DNA from: Hydractinia symbiolongicarpus
Taxonomy: Eukaryota
Reading direction: 5' to 3'
Assembly: GCF_029227915.1 (NCBI RefSeq)
Contig: NC_079879.1
Span: 27,379,095 to 27,443,094 of the forward strand
DNA: 64,000 bases
Part shown: in pieces, positions 24,207-37,109 of the stretch
Layout of the letters: the number at the start of each line of letters is the position of its first letter
Position numbering within the stretch: the stretch's first letter is position 1
Made by a program: the position numbers and the translations under genes
Notes under the pieces: generated by a model
The model's input: only the letters and a program-made list of their open reading frames with translations
The model's database searches: none
Told to the model about the DNA's origin: nothing

Positions 24207-25690
24207 TTTTTTTTTTTTTTTTAATTTATTTTGCCGTTGTAGAATATACAGTTTTCCGTAAGAATAAAATACAAATCTTAAGCTATTATATCGTGTAATC
24301 TAAAGATAGGATTGCATATGCTAAAAATATTAGCTAGAGAGGTAAAAAATGGCAGGAGCGAGAAGAAGGCTATAATAGCCTTTTCACCAAGCCCCCAACC
24401 TATATAAAAGGTTAGCATTGAAGATGATGAGGAGTTGTGTTATATGTGTCGTACGTTGTAACTGTCGTGTGTTCTAAAATAAACATAGATTGTCAGTAGT
24501 CAATAGTTTATGTTTTAGTTTATGTTTGAATTCGTTAAGTGATGTAATAGTTTTCATGTCGTTATCAAGAAATGTATTCCACAATTTAGGTCCTCTGCTA
24601 GTTATAGAGAACTTTGTGATTGTATAATTAATTCTAGGTTGAAAAAAACTGTTAATTGAAAATCTGGATGGATATTTATGTTGTATCTTCTGAAACATAT
24701 CATTAAATACTCTTGGTAACACATTGTTTTCAAGCTTAAACATAAAAATAAGAGTTTGATAAATGTTTAGTTGGTATAAATTCAGTACACTGATCTTTTT
24801 GAATAACTCTCTGGAGTGAGTGTACCTGTCAACATTTAAAATAATTCTGATTGCATGTTTTTGTTTATTTTGTAATTTTGTCAATTTTGTAGCGTTGGTG
24901 CTGCACCACGCAATATTTGCATAATTTAGATAGCAATGAATGAAAGAAGAATATATGTTTTTTAAACAATTCTGATCTAGAACAAATTTTGCTTTAAATA
25001 GGATGCCAATATTCTTTGCGACCTTTTCTTCTAAAATATTTATATGTTCTCTCCAAGTAACATTTTCATCAAGAATAACTCCTAAAAATTTCATGGATTG
25101 TGCTCTTTTTATACTTATATTATTAATAGATAAATCAGGAAACTTCAATGGCATATCATCTTTTTTATTGTGCCTGTGAAAAAGTGTGTACTTTGTTTTA
25201 GAAATATTTAGGGACAGTGTGTTTGCCTTAAACCATTCTGATGTTTTTACATCTTTATGTGCATAAAACAGATTTGTATCATCTGCAAATAAAATTGAAT
25301 GTAAAATATTCGAAGCTTTGTTTAAATAATTTACATATATAAGGAATAAGAGTGGTCCTAATATGGAACCTTGTGGAACTCCACAGATGATTGTTTTGTA
25401 GTTTGTACTTCCACCGTCAAAGGAAATGTACTGTTTTCTATTGGATAAATAACTTTCAAACCAGCGAATGTTGGAATTGCGGATACCGTAGTTTTTGAGT
25501 TTTTCTAGTAGAATTTTGTGATCTACGGTGTCAAATGCTTTGCTTAGATCTATAAAAATTCCTAGCATGTACTTGTTTTCGTCAAACGCCTTTGATATTT
25601 CATTAACAAGTTTAACTATTGCATGATCAGTAGAATGGCCTGCTTGAAAGCCAAATTGTTCATCAATTTTCAGGTTTATTATTTTTCTTT
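24207..25690 (-). mobile_element. 5'-truncated non-LTR retrotransposon (RT domains + C-terminal region; FADD box; poly(A) tail) of the Jockey/CR1/L2 type
   Basis: Minus-strand translation runs from FGFQAGHSTDHAIVKLVNEISKAFDENKYMLGIFIDLSKAFDTVDH... through PQGSILGPLLF and ILFADDTNLF to NIAWCST. A 3' UTR follows, then A26 (plus-strand T-run 24207-24232). Confidence 0.7.
24474..25680 (-). CDS. reverse-transcriptase fragment ORF of the truncated LINE (ORF-track 24474..25568 extended upstream in a second frame)
   Basis: RT motifs as listed for the parent element. The frame breaks near 25568. Confidence 0.6.
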
Positions 25691-26362
25691 TAAAATTATT
25701 CTTATAGAAAAATGAAGTTTATGTAAATTAAGTTAGCTATGATTTACAGTTTCATAATAATCAAAAATTGAATTTTAAAATTTTAGAATATTCAATGATT
25801 TTGTTTCCCCATATTACTCATTCCTCTTTAAAGTTCAGATTATTGCTAATGCCGGAAATCTTTAAGCCACAGGGCTTCTTGTTTTGATTTTCAAGCCGCC
25901 TTGTAATAGAGGAGACCGCTTCATTACCGTGAATTCGACTGTTGCCGTGTGATATTGCATATTCTCAAATTCGCGTTAATTAAATGCATTTTTGAAAACA
26001 ACGTTGTTCAATCGCGTTAATTAAATGCTTTTTCAAAATAATTTCATTGAAGCACGTTAATTTCATGACCGTTAATTTAATTCGCGTTAATTTCATCACC
26101 GTTAATTTAATTCGCGTTAATTTCTTTACTCGTTAATTTTATGGAAAAAGGTAAGCGCTCAAATATTTTTAAAATTTATTCAAAAATTTTTATAGCAGGT
26201 GAGACACACCTGTTAAAAATGTAAAAAAACTAGCCGGTAATAATTCCTCCTTGGGATGAGGCAACAACAGAACTTTTCCTCATTCTTGTCCCCAGAGCTA
26301 TTCGAGATTAAAACCTCGAAAGTAGATGCAGTGAACATAGATCTTTAATAATAGGCCAATCG

Positions 26363-26420
26363 GTAGCTTTGGACCCGTCTGGTCACGTGGTTGAACGTGA
26401 CCAGACGGGTCCAGAGCTAC
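26363..26420. repeat. strong palindrome: perfect 17-bp stem ggacccgtctggtcacg / cgtgaccagacgggtcc with 8-nt loop, flanked by imperfect gtagct...agctac extension
   Basis: Direct reading at 26371-26412. The stem-loop junction contains the CACGTG E-box. Confidence 0.7.
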
Positions 26421-27283
26421 TTTTAAGGTTTATCTCTAAGAGCTCAGGGGCCGATAATGCTAGCTACTTAACTTAGTTCACTTTGAAGGATATTAGCTAC
26501 GTTCCTAGATTATGTATTGTCTCAACAAATATTTCTTTTCTGAACGAGAATAGTTTGATAATCCCAAAAATTTTTGCCTCCGTAGTCTGATCAGTTCTGT
26601 CCTACTTAGGATACGAGTAAAACTTTGCACAGTTGTCCTATTTTGGGTGGAAACAAAATGTTTTTTCGTGTAAAGCGAAAGTATAAATTTTCTTCTCTCT
26701 TATTAACTTAACTGCAAAATGGTGAAGCATTTTCTAAAAGTTGGGACAAATCAAGTGATTTGTTGGTGAACAGAAGCGTTTAAATTAAGTAAAGCTAGCT
26801 AACTACAGCTAGCTAGCTAGCTTATTTGTATTACATTGTTCAGTTTTACAGACAGATATTTGTATTAAGTTTCGTGCACTGTCTTGTCAAAATCATTTAC
26901 TTCTATTCTTAGTCCCTGCCTCAATGTTTAATTCATAATGTTTGTCATTTTATATATCCCAATCAGCCTTTTATATTTTGTGGTTCAATTTTCAGGAGGG
27001 ATTCTGACCTACAAAACCTTAGGCATGATGGAGTTGAGGTTGTAGACAAAAGACAAAAGAAGATCCATACTCAAGAAAATATATTGCATGCCTAGATAAT
27101 TTAGGCTGCTGAAAAGTACTGCAATACTACCTTGAGGACAAAAATTGTTGTTGATTGAATTTATTGCAATTTGAAGGTAAAGAATTGATTTTGCATGTAT
27201 GTACATCCTTGCAACTTCCCGGTTTTGCATTTTTTTGGTCTTTTCCAGTATATAGTAGGTAAAATCAACTTCTGGACTCCAAA

Positions 27284-27644
27284 CGCTGTTGTAGATTAGT
27301 GGTTATAGCTCTCGTATTCTGTACGGGAGACCGGGGTTCGATTCCTCTTGACAGCGATTCAACATGGGCGAGTGAATGTTACCATAGCCCAGGGTTAACC
27401 CAAGCCATGTCAGGGAAATTGGGGAGATGGCTCCATGTGTGGGCCGTTGGATGTTGTCGGGAGTTGTCTAGTAGAGCGTGGGCCCTAATTGGGTCTGTGT
27501 AGCTCAAATTGAGCATTAAATACTCTAGGACTCTCCATCTAAGCCATGGCCCCTCCTGGAAAAAATAGACAAGGTATATCCCTCGATATTAGTGAGGCTA
27601 GCCATTGTATATAAAATATGCACATCTATCTATCTATCTATCTA
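27284..27644 (+). mobile_element. tRNA-derived SINE, full-length copy with (ATCT)n tail
   Basis: gtagattagtggttatagctctcgtattctgtacgggagaccggggttcgattcc... The body is ~90% identical to the 19912 copy. The tail is atctatctatctatctatcta. Confidence 0.8.
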
Positions 27645-28273
27645 AACTTCTTGTCTGTCTGATAAATCGTTGTCATCTCTCGAGTAGCCTATCAATTAAA
27701 ACTCTGAAGGTAAATGACATCTATGTATAGATATTGTGGGAAGAACTGAATTTTTATTTTACTCCAGCATCATTGGCGCAATGTCATTGAATAAGTCTTT
27801 GAGTTTACTGCTGCAGTACGCAAATATAATTATATATTACAGAAGATTCTAAACACCAAAAATTGCAGCAGATATTGTTTTTATGAGTCTGATAATCCTT
27901 TTTATGTCTTCGCAATCACAGTGTGTAAGAAGGAAAAAGGGAGCCAGTTGGTCATTTACTGAGGAAAAATGTGAACAAGAAAGTTTTTTATAGTTAAAGG
28001 AGCAACTATTAAAGCCATTCTAACAATTCATAATAATCTGACACTTGTATCAATATCCTTCCTGTAACACAATCCCAAAAAATGATAGAGTACACATCCA
28101 CAGAGCCAGAGATAAAGAGATTTTGGGCTTTTTCTAAATATTGAACAAGACAAGAAAAAAATAATGATAACACATGTAATATTAGCCAAAACAAAAGGGA
28201 GAAAATATTGACGAAAAAGAAAAAAGTGAAACAAAACATATTTGTAATGATTAACAAAATAAAAATAAAAAAC

Positions 28274-28473
28274 AGGCCTTTTCAGGAAAATTTTAATACG
28301 TGTGTGCCAAAAAGCACGCCTCAAGTATTTTAGGTGTGTTTTTGGGTGTGCTGCACTGGTTAACTTCTTATAAAATTTGTCATTTTGCAGGTGCTATCAA
28401 TAGCACGCCTAAGCCATTTTGCGTGTGTGTGGAGGTGTGCGCGTGCTATTGCACGCCTCTCCTGAAAAGGCCT
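28274..28473. mobile_element. 200-bp MITE with 13-bp TIR AGGCCTTTTCAGG; a partial relative is at 8270..8325 and related arms at 6788..6900 and 7520..7640
   Basis: Starts aggccttttcaggaaaa and ends ctcctgaaaaggcct. The interior is GC-rich, rich in gcgtg/cacgc, and non-coding. Confidence 0.55.
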
Positions 28474-31166
28474 GAAAAAAGCACCGATAAAGAGATTGAC
28501 TGAAAATGTATGGACAATAAATATAATTTGGCTTTATTTTCCACAAATTTATTGGAATGTTTATTTCCATGAAATACCAACAACTTCGGAAAATTTTGAC
28601 CTCAAAGTGTATACATTTCGCAACATTATTGTGTTTTAAAAATAATTTATTGATTTTGTGGCACTAATTATTGCAATTTTATTAATTTCCATCAACATTT
28701 TTGTCGTTTTTTCTCAAAAAAAAAATCTTTCATGACTACCCCTGCATTTTTTGTATATTGAAATTTTAAATTTAACAATTTACAGTTGACATTAAATATG
28801 TTCACATTGATAGCACTTTTATATTTTTTGAAACATTATATAATTATTGCATTTTGACATGGTTTTATGATTTTTCATATTAATTATTGCCATTTTAACA
28901 ACAACCGAAATAATATGTATGTCCACAAAGATTTATGCCACAACAATTTATGTTGTCAACAATTTATATGTCCTTAATGATTATTGTCAGCATGACAAAT
29001 AGGCTTTGCTTTCGCTCGGCTCGCTGGCTTGGGTCCGCAAACAGTTAAGGAAAAATAAGAGCTCAAAGAAATGGAACTAATAGCATGTGTTCTTTGATTT
29101 TTTTTTCTTTAGAAAATAAACAGGGAAAACCAAAATTTAGCCTGTAATAGCACAGTTCATTTTTTCTTAAATTTTCACCCTTTGATATTGACTGTATATA
29201 GTTATGAAGTTCTTCATATTCTTCACGTCTTACTATATCTTTCTATGTTTTTTTTCAAATTTAAAGTTGTTCATTGTTTACTTATACAGCAACAATATTT
29301 TTTCATAGTTTTCAATATAGTTATCAATGTTTTGTTCCAATTCTGTCGGTATGAATGATAAATGTCATACTTACTTCTTCAATACACCTTTTACGATAAT
29401 TCAATTGTACATGCGTTCCTATGGCTCTTCATTGTTTTACAATATCGGAAGAAAGGAGGTAAAAAAGTTTGATAGAGACGAAAACGTGTTTTCTCCAGTT
29501 TTTTAACTTTCTTCTTATCAATTTCTTTCAAATTTTCAGGAAACGTTAATAATAATAAAATACAACTTATGTATACTTTTCGTTAAAAACAAAGCATGGC
29601 AAGAAAAGCTATCACGAAAGAACCTGTTTTCTCCTTAAGCTTAAGGGAAATTTTTTTAAAAAAAATTTTTTTTGCTTATGAAAAAAAAACAGATTTTTTT
29701 AATGGTGAAATTTTTATGCTTAAATTGTTTCTGGAAGTATTTTTATTCATAAATAAACAATGTTTACTCATTAATAATTTTTGGATTGAAGTATGATCTA
29801 TACCAATGAATGTTTTCGATTCAGTGTCCCTACTCTTTAATGGGTCAATCATGTCACAAAACAAATGGGGACCAATTGAGAAAAGTTGTCTAAGTTTTTG
29901 TTTTCAGTCATATTCACTTATAAAATCTAAACAGGTGCACAGAAGAAAAAAATATTTGAATGAAGTTCATTACCATTCTCAAAATAAAACCTGCAAGCAG
30001 CGTGCCTAAACTGATTGTTACTATGGTGACTTAGCGAAGTCATGCGGCAAGTTGTTTATCATTGAAAATTTGTAAAGCTCTTTTTCTTGTGTTCATTTTT
30101 TCGCGTAGTAGTCATACTTACATTTTGACTTTCTTTTGCATAACCAGAAAACTTTGCGTAGGAGAGTGGGTTTAAAATCCAGCTAAATAATATATCCCAA
30201 ATGGTTTTTCGATTTTTTTTATTTTGATAACTCTGACGAAAGTTAATTGTCTTGGTAACTCAGTAAAAACACACTTATTAAAAGAGAATATTGTATTATG
30301 ACACAATTTTTTGCATACAACATCATTCACAAGAAACGCAATTTGTAAATTCGGGATGCCGGATGATAAATAATCAAAGTAGGCAGGACAGATAACACAA
30401 GTTGCCAATAATCATAACAAGGTAATCACACCAAAATGCTTGCCCACGGCAAAGAGGGTAATTACCCAAGGGTATGCACGTTATGGTTGCCCTTCACAAT
30501 ATTATGTCCTCATTGATCATGTGTTGTGAATGGTTTCCAAGGCATGACCCAAATCTCTTCATGCAAGAATTACATTCTCATTTTCTCCATTCACGAGGTA
30601 CATTACACTACTGATACATTCATTTATCTATTACTACTAATTGTTAACTTCATTATTTATTTACTTTGTTAATTATTTGCTATGTTTATTTATTGTCATG
30701 CATGAAGGATATTTATTTCTCTTTCTTCTTCAATCATGAAGGTACACTTTCACTTCACTCTAAACAGATAATAACACATGGTGCATTTCTGCACCCAATA
30801 AACATGTGCTATCAAATAATCATGAACTAAAGGTAGCATGTCCAAGTTGGTCCGGTATTGCCGCAGCGTGCGTTACCACATAATATAATATAAGGATTCA
30901 TAAAATGGTGTGCCTCGCGGTAATGATAATAAATGATAATAATATCAAGTAATAATAAGATACACAAGCCAGCCTTGCACATGCATTTGTCCAAATTTTT
31001 CACATTCAACTTTTCACATTCTTCTGTAAGTGTTGAAAATCGTAATGTTTTGTTCATAAGGTTTTATTCTATAGCGACTTTCGAATACTGCATAGAATAT
31101 ATATGTTTTTAGACTGGACTATTTTGAATTTAAGTGTGTTAACAAAAGTAGTGAATTATATTATTA

Positions 31167-32475
31167 CAGTACCGCTATCAGGAAGCCTAACATCGTGATC
31201 GTGTATCATGCGCGACACCCACGATCCACGATCCTATCGTGTCTGTCATGATTATAAAAATATTAGATAATAGATCCCGAAACTATTGTGGTGATCATGT
31301 TCATCGCGATGGATCATGAAAACCACGATAGTTTCGCGATGGAAATCACGATTCATTTATGCAAATTTCTGTTTTTCTTTGATTTGCAAAAGCTCTCCTA
31401 AATTATTAGAGTTGCGAAATACGAATAATATAAGAAGGCTAACACAAATGTTTTTTTAGAAGCCTATTTAATTGATTTGTTTTTACTTATGGCTGCACTA
31501 ATTATTATAGATATGGTTAAAGGAATACGGCGAATTTATATCTTGCGCTCAGTAGCTTTTTAGTACCTTTAAAATTCAAGCTTTTTAACTTTAAGCTTTT
31601 TATAGTCGTTTTTTGAAAAATTAAACTTGAAAAAATAACTAAAACAAAATAATTAAAACATAAAAAAATCATTAACAAAACAGAATATTATTTTCAGTAA
31701 TGATTTTCATGATCCATTGCTAGCGTTGTTATCAGCCACCGTTCAACTTCGTAACTTTATTTACATTAAATATTTTTAGTTGCACAAGTAGTAACAAAGT
31801 TTAATAACTTAAATACTAAAACACTCAAGATTTTTCGGACAAGTGTTTTAATTCCCGGCCGTGAACGTGAACATTGATAGAACATACCCTTCAAGTGTTC
31901 CCCACGCTGAAATTAACAATTTCTGTGGGGTGTACAGGAGTTTTTTTTTTTTAAAGTTCTAAGATTTTAAAGATTTAAGATCGCACGCGTGGTAACTTTG
32001 ATTTTTCGCCTGCGTAAAATTTTAATTTCCCGCTTAAATTTTTTTCTCTTTAAAATGGCTATAAGCATTTAATAATTTTTGTTTTGAAAAAATATAGTTT
32101 CTACAAGTGAATGAAAACTAGTCAAGAATAAAACCTATCGCGGACATATATTTTGATTGAGATTTTTAAGATGTGAAGAGGTCGTTAAACTTCAGCAAAT
32201 GTAAACTGACTAAAAAGAGAATACGGTGATCTTTTTTTAATTGCTTTTGATTTAAATTGTTATTAAAGCAATAAAAATTATATAGCATTTCAGTGAAACA
32301 ATTGCATCGTGACGAACACGATTTTATTTTTTATATGATCGTTAAACTCATGATGCATCGTGACACGATAGATCGCATCTCCCACTATGGCATTATTTCA
32401 TCTTTGAGCACAAAGATCGTGGGTGTCGCGCATGATAGACAATACACGATGTTAGGTTTCCTGATAGCGGTACTG
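31167..32475. mobile_element. 1.3-kb non-autonomous Tc1/mariner(pogo)-type DNA transposon: ~66-bp TIRs starting CAGTACCGC, flanked by TA
   Basis: Left end ta|CAGTACCGCTATCAGGAAGCCTAACATCGTG...ATCATGCGCGACACCCACGATC. Right end ...GATCGTGGGTGTCGCGCATGAT...CACGATGTTAGGTTTCCTGATAGCGGTACTG|ta. Subterminal CACGAT/ATCGTG repeats. No long ORF. Confidence 0.6.
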
Positions 32476-32877
32476 TACTAGTATTTAGGCCCGTGGAAAA
32501 ATCCATTATAGATACCGAATAAAAAAACAGCGAAATTCATTGTTCTTTTCGTCAATGTGTTTTGTTGTTAATTTCATTCAAGGGAGAATAAATAAAACCA
32601 ATATGTTTTTCATATAACAGTAGACAATAGACACAGGTTTAAGCGAATATTAAAAATTAATTAGCCATGACTTTTGTGTAATAAATAATAAATACATTAT
32701 TGCACAAAGGTTTTTATGAGAACAATAAAATAAATTAACCATGACTTTTTTAAAACACAAATTTTGATTCAATTTGAAAAGAACACAAAAGACAGAATAA
32801 AAATAAAAGTTTAGCAAAAGTGACATTCTGTTGCGGCTGATTCTTAAGAAAAAACAACACATCCACTTTGCCTGTTG

Positions 32878-32878
32878 C

Positions 32879-32923
<45 letters not shown>

Positions 32924-32926
32924 CAC
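32878..32926. repeat. (CAGA)n microsatellite, ~11 units
   Basis: cagacagacagaca... read directly. Confidence 0.9.
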
Positions 32927-33507
32927 TTAGCGTATTATTATATAGATAAGAACACCAAATCAAAATTATTATTTTTTATCTTTAACTTATTTTAGACAGT
33001 TAACAAATGCAATAACAACTGATTACCCCATGCTGTACTAAAAATATTGCCCTCAGACATTGCGCTGACCTCACAAGCTCATTCAACACTTAGGCCTTGG
33101 GCGATACCTTCCAGTACATAATCGGTTATTATTGTATTAATCCTACTTCTTATTAATCCTGCTATCTTTTTATCACAACAACTTTGCTACCATTGACAAA
33201 CATCAATTTCCTATTCATATAACATAAAGCCTTCTGTGTCTATACGCTATAAAGAAAATATGATCCTTATGAACAAACTCAATATTGAATAAAAGTGTTG
33301 AAATTTGAGTAAAAAAAGCACTTTTTTTTCTCTAATTTATAATTAGCTCTATGAGGGACTAATACTTTATGTACTGGCATAATTATGCTATACCCGCTAA
33401 CTTTTTCTGTACTACAGGCTATAATTTGCCTTCCCTGACTGAAAAAGGTGTAGCAAAAGAAATTTTTCTTTACACCCAAATTTATATTTTTTAGCCCTTA
33501 GAGAATA

Positions 33508-33689
33508 ATGAATGAATCAGATGATGAAGATCTCTTCGCACCACAATTTTTACAAAACCATAAAAAAGTTATAAACGAAAAATCAAAGATTTCTTTGGCA
33601 TCTTTATTAAACGAGAAGAACAAAGAAAGCAGTATAAAAAAAGCATCTGAGGATATTCTTCACTTGGAAAATCAATTTGGAGGTAAAAC
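33508..33689 (+). CDS. first coding exon of plus-strand multi-exon gene (MNESDDEDLFAPQ...ENQFGG)
   Basis: ATG at 33508, donor GAG|gtaaaa, phase 1 out. Chains in frame to the following exons. Confidence 0.5.
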
Positions 33690-35041
33690 ATTAAAGTGGT
33701 TAGCAAATTAGCAACTTGAAAAGTCAAACCTTAATGTCATTTTTATTAATTGATTACAAAGAGAAATGTTGACTACCATGTCATCAATTAGGAATTTCCC
33801 TTATCAATGTTTGAGAGACTAATGTTTTCCTTTTTTCTTGATTATTGCTGTAAAATAAAAGTAAAAAAAAAAATAAGTATTTAAAACAGATCTTAAGAAG
33901 CTTAAATATACATTAACTTTAGTTACATAAGTTGATTATCTGCGTTCTCTGGTATTTCTGTGCCACTGACACCCAGTCAAAAATGTGTTGCAAATCGATT
34001 ATGTATTTCTAATACAAGCTCTGGTATATAGAACTGTTTTGTTATAGCAAGCCAGATGTATCCAGCAATACGCAATAGTACTTGTTTTCACAATGTGGTA
34101 GCTAGGCAATAAATTTATAATTTGCGAGTACATGTGTGAGTACAAGTTGAAAAACGAAAATCTATTGCCACATTATGAACAGCTCCATGGCATATTTTTT
34201 CGTGAAGTTACTTATTTATAAGTATCTTATAAATTAATGTATTGAAAGTGTGGGAAGAATGATTCTAAAGGTGTTGTGCTAATAATGGTTTAGAAGGTTG
34301 ATAAATTTGCACGTATATACCTTGAACAAATTTTTTGTTACTTTTTTATTATTTTAGAGCCGCTAATTGTAAATAGATTTATATTGATAAGACTATTGAC
34401 ACAAAACTTTGTGTAAAAACATATATACAAGCAAATTTAGAAAATGGAAATAATATGGTAAAATTGTAACAACACAAAATTCCTTTACTTGTTACGTTTT
34501 TGTCACTTTCAAACCATTTTAAATACAAATTTTGTTTAAAAGTACCTTTGATAGTAACAACATTCACAAACTAAATTGTTACCTCTTATCATTAAAGGCT
34601 CATACAACCATGAAAATCAGTATTTATATCAGTATCAGTAAGATGCCCTTTTCCCCCAATGTTTCCTAAACTGGTGAGGCATAATAAGAGCACAGGGAGC
34701 ATTTGTATCATTTTTGATTTTTACATCCATAGCTTTTTTACAATTCTATCACTAAAGGATATTTATAGTCTTCGTGTTGCCTATTAAGTATCTTTAGAAG
34801 GATCTCAGCATTGTGTATGTGAAGAAAAAAAAACTTGACAAAAGACGACTAATCAAGTAACTCATGATTTAAATGTCAAAAATGTCAAGAAAATGGCGTA
34901 TTATGTTACATCGAGACCTTTTACCCATGTGCTAAAAACTGTATTAAAAACATGTTGTTAAACATTTAATTTGTAATATTTTTTTAACCGTCTGAAAAAT
35001 GTATTCCTTTTAATCAAAATTGTGTGCATATTCAATCGTAG

Positions 35042-35196
35042 AAGCAGATCTACTTAACCTGGAACGAGAAATAGAGGATGATGCAAACATTCTTGAAGCT
35101 TCCCAGATATCGCAGGATCTTGATTACTCACAAGATGTACCAGAAGAAAACGTTTTCCAAAACTTTGATGATAAACAAGAAAGCAATTTAAAACAG
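35042..35196 (+). CDS. coding exon 2 (EADLLNLEREIEDDANILEASQ...ESNLKQ)
   Basis: Acceptor ttcaatcgtag|, donor AAACAG|gtatca. Phase 1 in and phase 0 out. Confidence 0.55.
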
Positions 35197-35261
35197 GTAT
35201 CAGTGGTGTGAATTTTCTTAACTTAGTGTAAACACACTACTAGTAAATCTTTTAACTTTAG

Positions 35262-35457
35262 TTGACGTCACAATTTCAAAATGATTTTCCAGACACATTT
35301 CCTGGTGTAAAGATCTTTGTTTATCCAGTAGAATCATTTGAATTAAAGTCTTATGTTAATGTGATAGTTAAATTTGTAATGGGCCCAGAAGAACTGGAGG
35401 ATGCTGAAATTGAAGAAATGGATAATCCAAATTTTCTTTATGATATTCTCAATGCTT
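35262..35457 (+). CDS. coding exon 3 (LTSQFQNDFPDTFPGVKIFVYPVESFELKSYVNVIVKFVMGPEELEDAEIEEMDNPNFLYDILNA)
   Basis: Acceptor ttttaactttag|, donor GCTT|gtgagt. Phase 0 in and phase 1 out. Confidence 0.55.
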
Positions 35458-36661
35458 GTGAGTGTAATAGTTTTTTTATTAAATCTATGTTGATACACTG
35501 GTGTTTAAAACAATAGTAGCTATCATCCAAGTTATGGAAAGGAGGCACCAGAAAAAAAGTAAAATGTTGGATGACACATTGAAGATTTCAGCAGTATCAG
35601 GGTTCGATATAAAGTGATTCGTGTTAAGTTTTTGAAATATAGGTGTCTAGATTGGCGGAAAATGCATTGTGGCCAATTTATGTTGGTGTTGGATTTATTG
35701 AAAAAAACCCTATTTTTGCAGTGTTATATTCTTTTTCGTTTATGTTCAATAGCTAGTTGAAGCTGGCATTGAGGTTACATGCTAACACTTTAAGCCCTGA
35801 CGTTTCGTTGATTTACGATCAAATCAGCATCCCCATTTGGAACTATGCCACAGGAACCTGACACCCCGAAGAGCCAGACAAGTCTAAACGGATTCGCATT
35901 ATATTCAACTAAACTGCGGGAAAGTGCGCACCAACGCAACTATATATGATAGCCAGAACGAGGGAGAACCTCAATTGCCTTATGACAAAGTCGTAACTTT
36001 CAAGCGAACTCTCCTTCTTTTGAAGAAACAAATAAACAAACCAATGTCACTTCTGAGAAATGATTTTCAAGTAATTGTTAAGTACTGAAAACAAGATACA
36101 ACAGGATCTATTCAAAGTTCGTTGGATTGGAATGATGAAACACAAAAAAATCGTTTAAAAGATGTTAACCTAATATTCCCTTGAGAATGTTTTAAAAATA
36201 AATCATCGTTTAAATTTATTAGTTTGTTGTTAAACATTATACAAAAATTATACACAAATTAGACAAGTATCGTAATACATCACATTTCACCTGCAAAATC
36301 ACATCTAGCACATAGTTTTCTTTAGCTTGTGGCTGGTGTAACAAAACATCCAGCAATTACTCTTTTGTCAAAAATTGAAAAATGGCTGCTCAAATAATTT
36401 TAGTTTGTTTGTTGAGAAATGATGATCATCTGTTGTTTTAAGACATAATTCCACATTCTGGAAGATGCATTAAAAAGCAAGTGTCACTAAGTCAATAACG
36501 TTTTGTCGAAATTTTTTGTAAATATCAATTTTTTAATTTTAACTTTTGGAAAGTTGTGATTAAAATCAAAAATCTGTTGCATCTGCAACAGTGAGATGCT
36601 GAAACATACAAGTGTTTATGTTCGTTATGTTTTTATCTTTTAAATTTTCTAATCACTACAG

Positions 36662-36789
36662 GTGTACCTGTTAATGGAAAATTTTCAAGTGAAGTTTGCA
36701 AGTGTTTTTGGAAAGTTACGTATGGTTGTAATGACTATAAAACATCCCAGAGTGCACTTCGTGTTTTAACAAATTATCTCTTGAATAAT
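36662..36789 (+). CDS. coding exon 4 (CVPVNGKFSSEVCKCFWKVTYGCNDYKTSQSALRVLTNYLLNN)
   Basis: Acceptor aatcactacag|, donor AAT|gtaagt. The phase 1 junction completes TGT with the previous exon and is open only in that phase. Confidence 0.55.
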
Positions 36790-37109
36790 GTAAGTTCTAT
36801 CATTTTTCATGTTATTATTTTGTCCATCATCAAATAGTTTTATACTTTTTAACATTTATTACTGACATGTGTTAAGATTTATTTTTATGCTTGTCCACCT
36901 GCAAACTATGTCCTTAAACAAAAAAAGGCACTGCTACCTCTAACAGCGGGTTGTGGGAGGGACCAAAGTGGCATTATCTCTAAAATAATAGCCATTGTTT
37001 GGGTTTTCCTGAGACTCTCTGCACATATGAAAGTATTTTTTTGAAGTTTTTTTACAAAACAATTTTTAGTGTTCCTCACACTAAACATTTTTTAAACATT
37101 TTGCCATGT

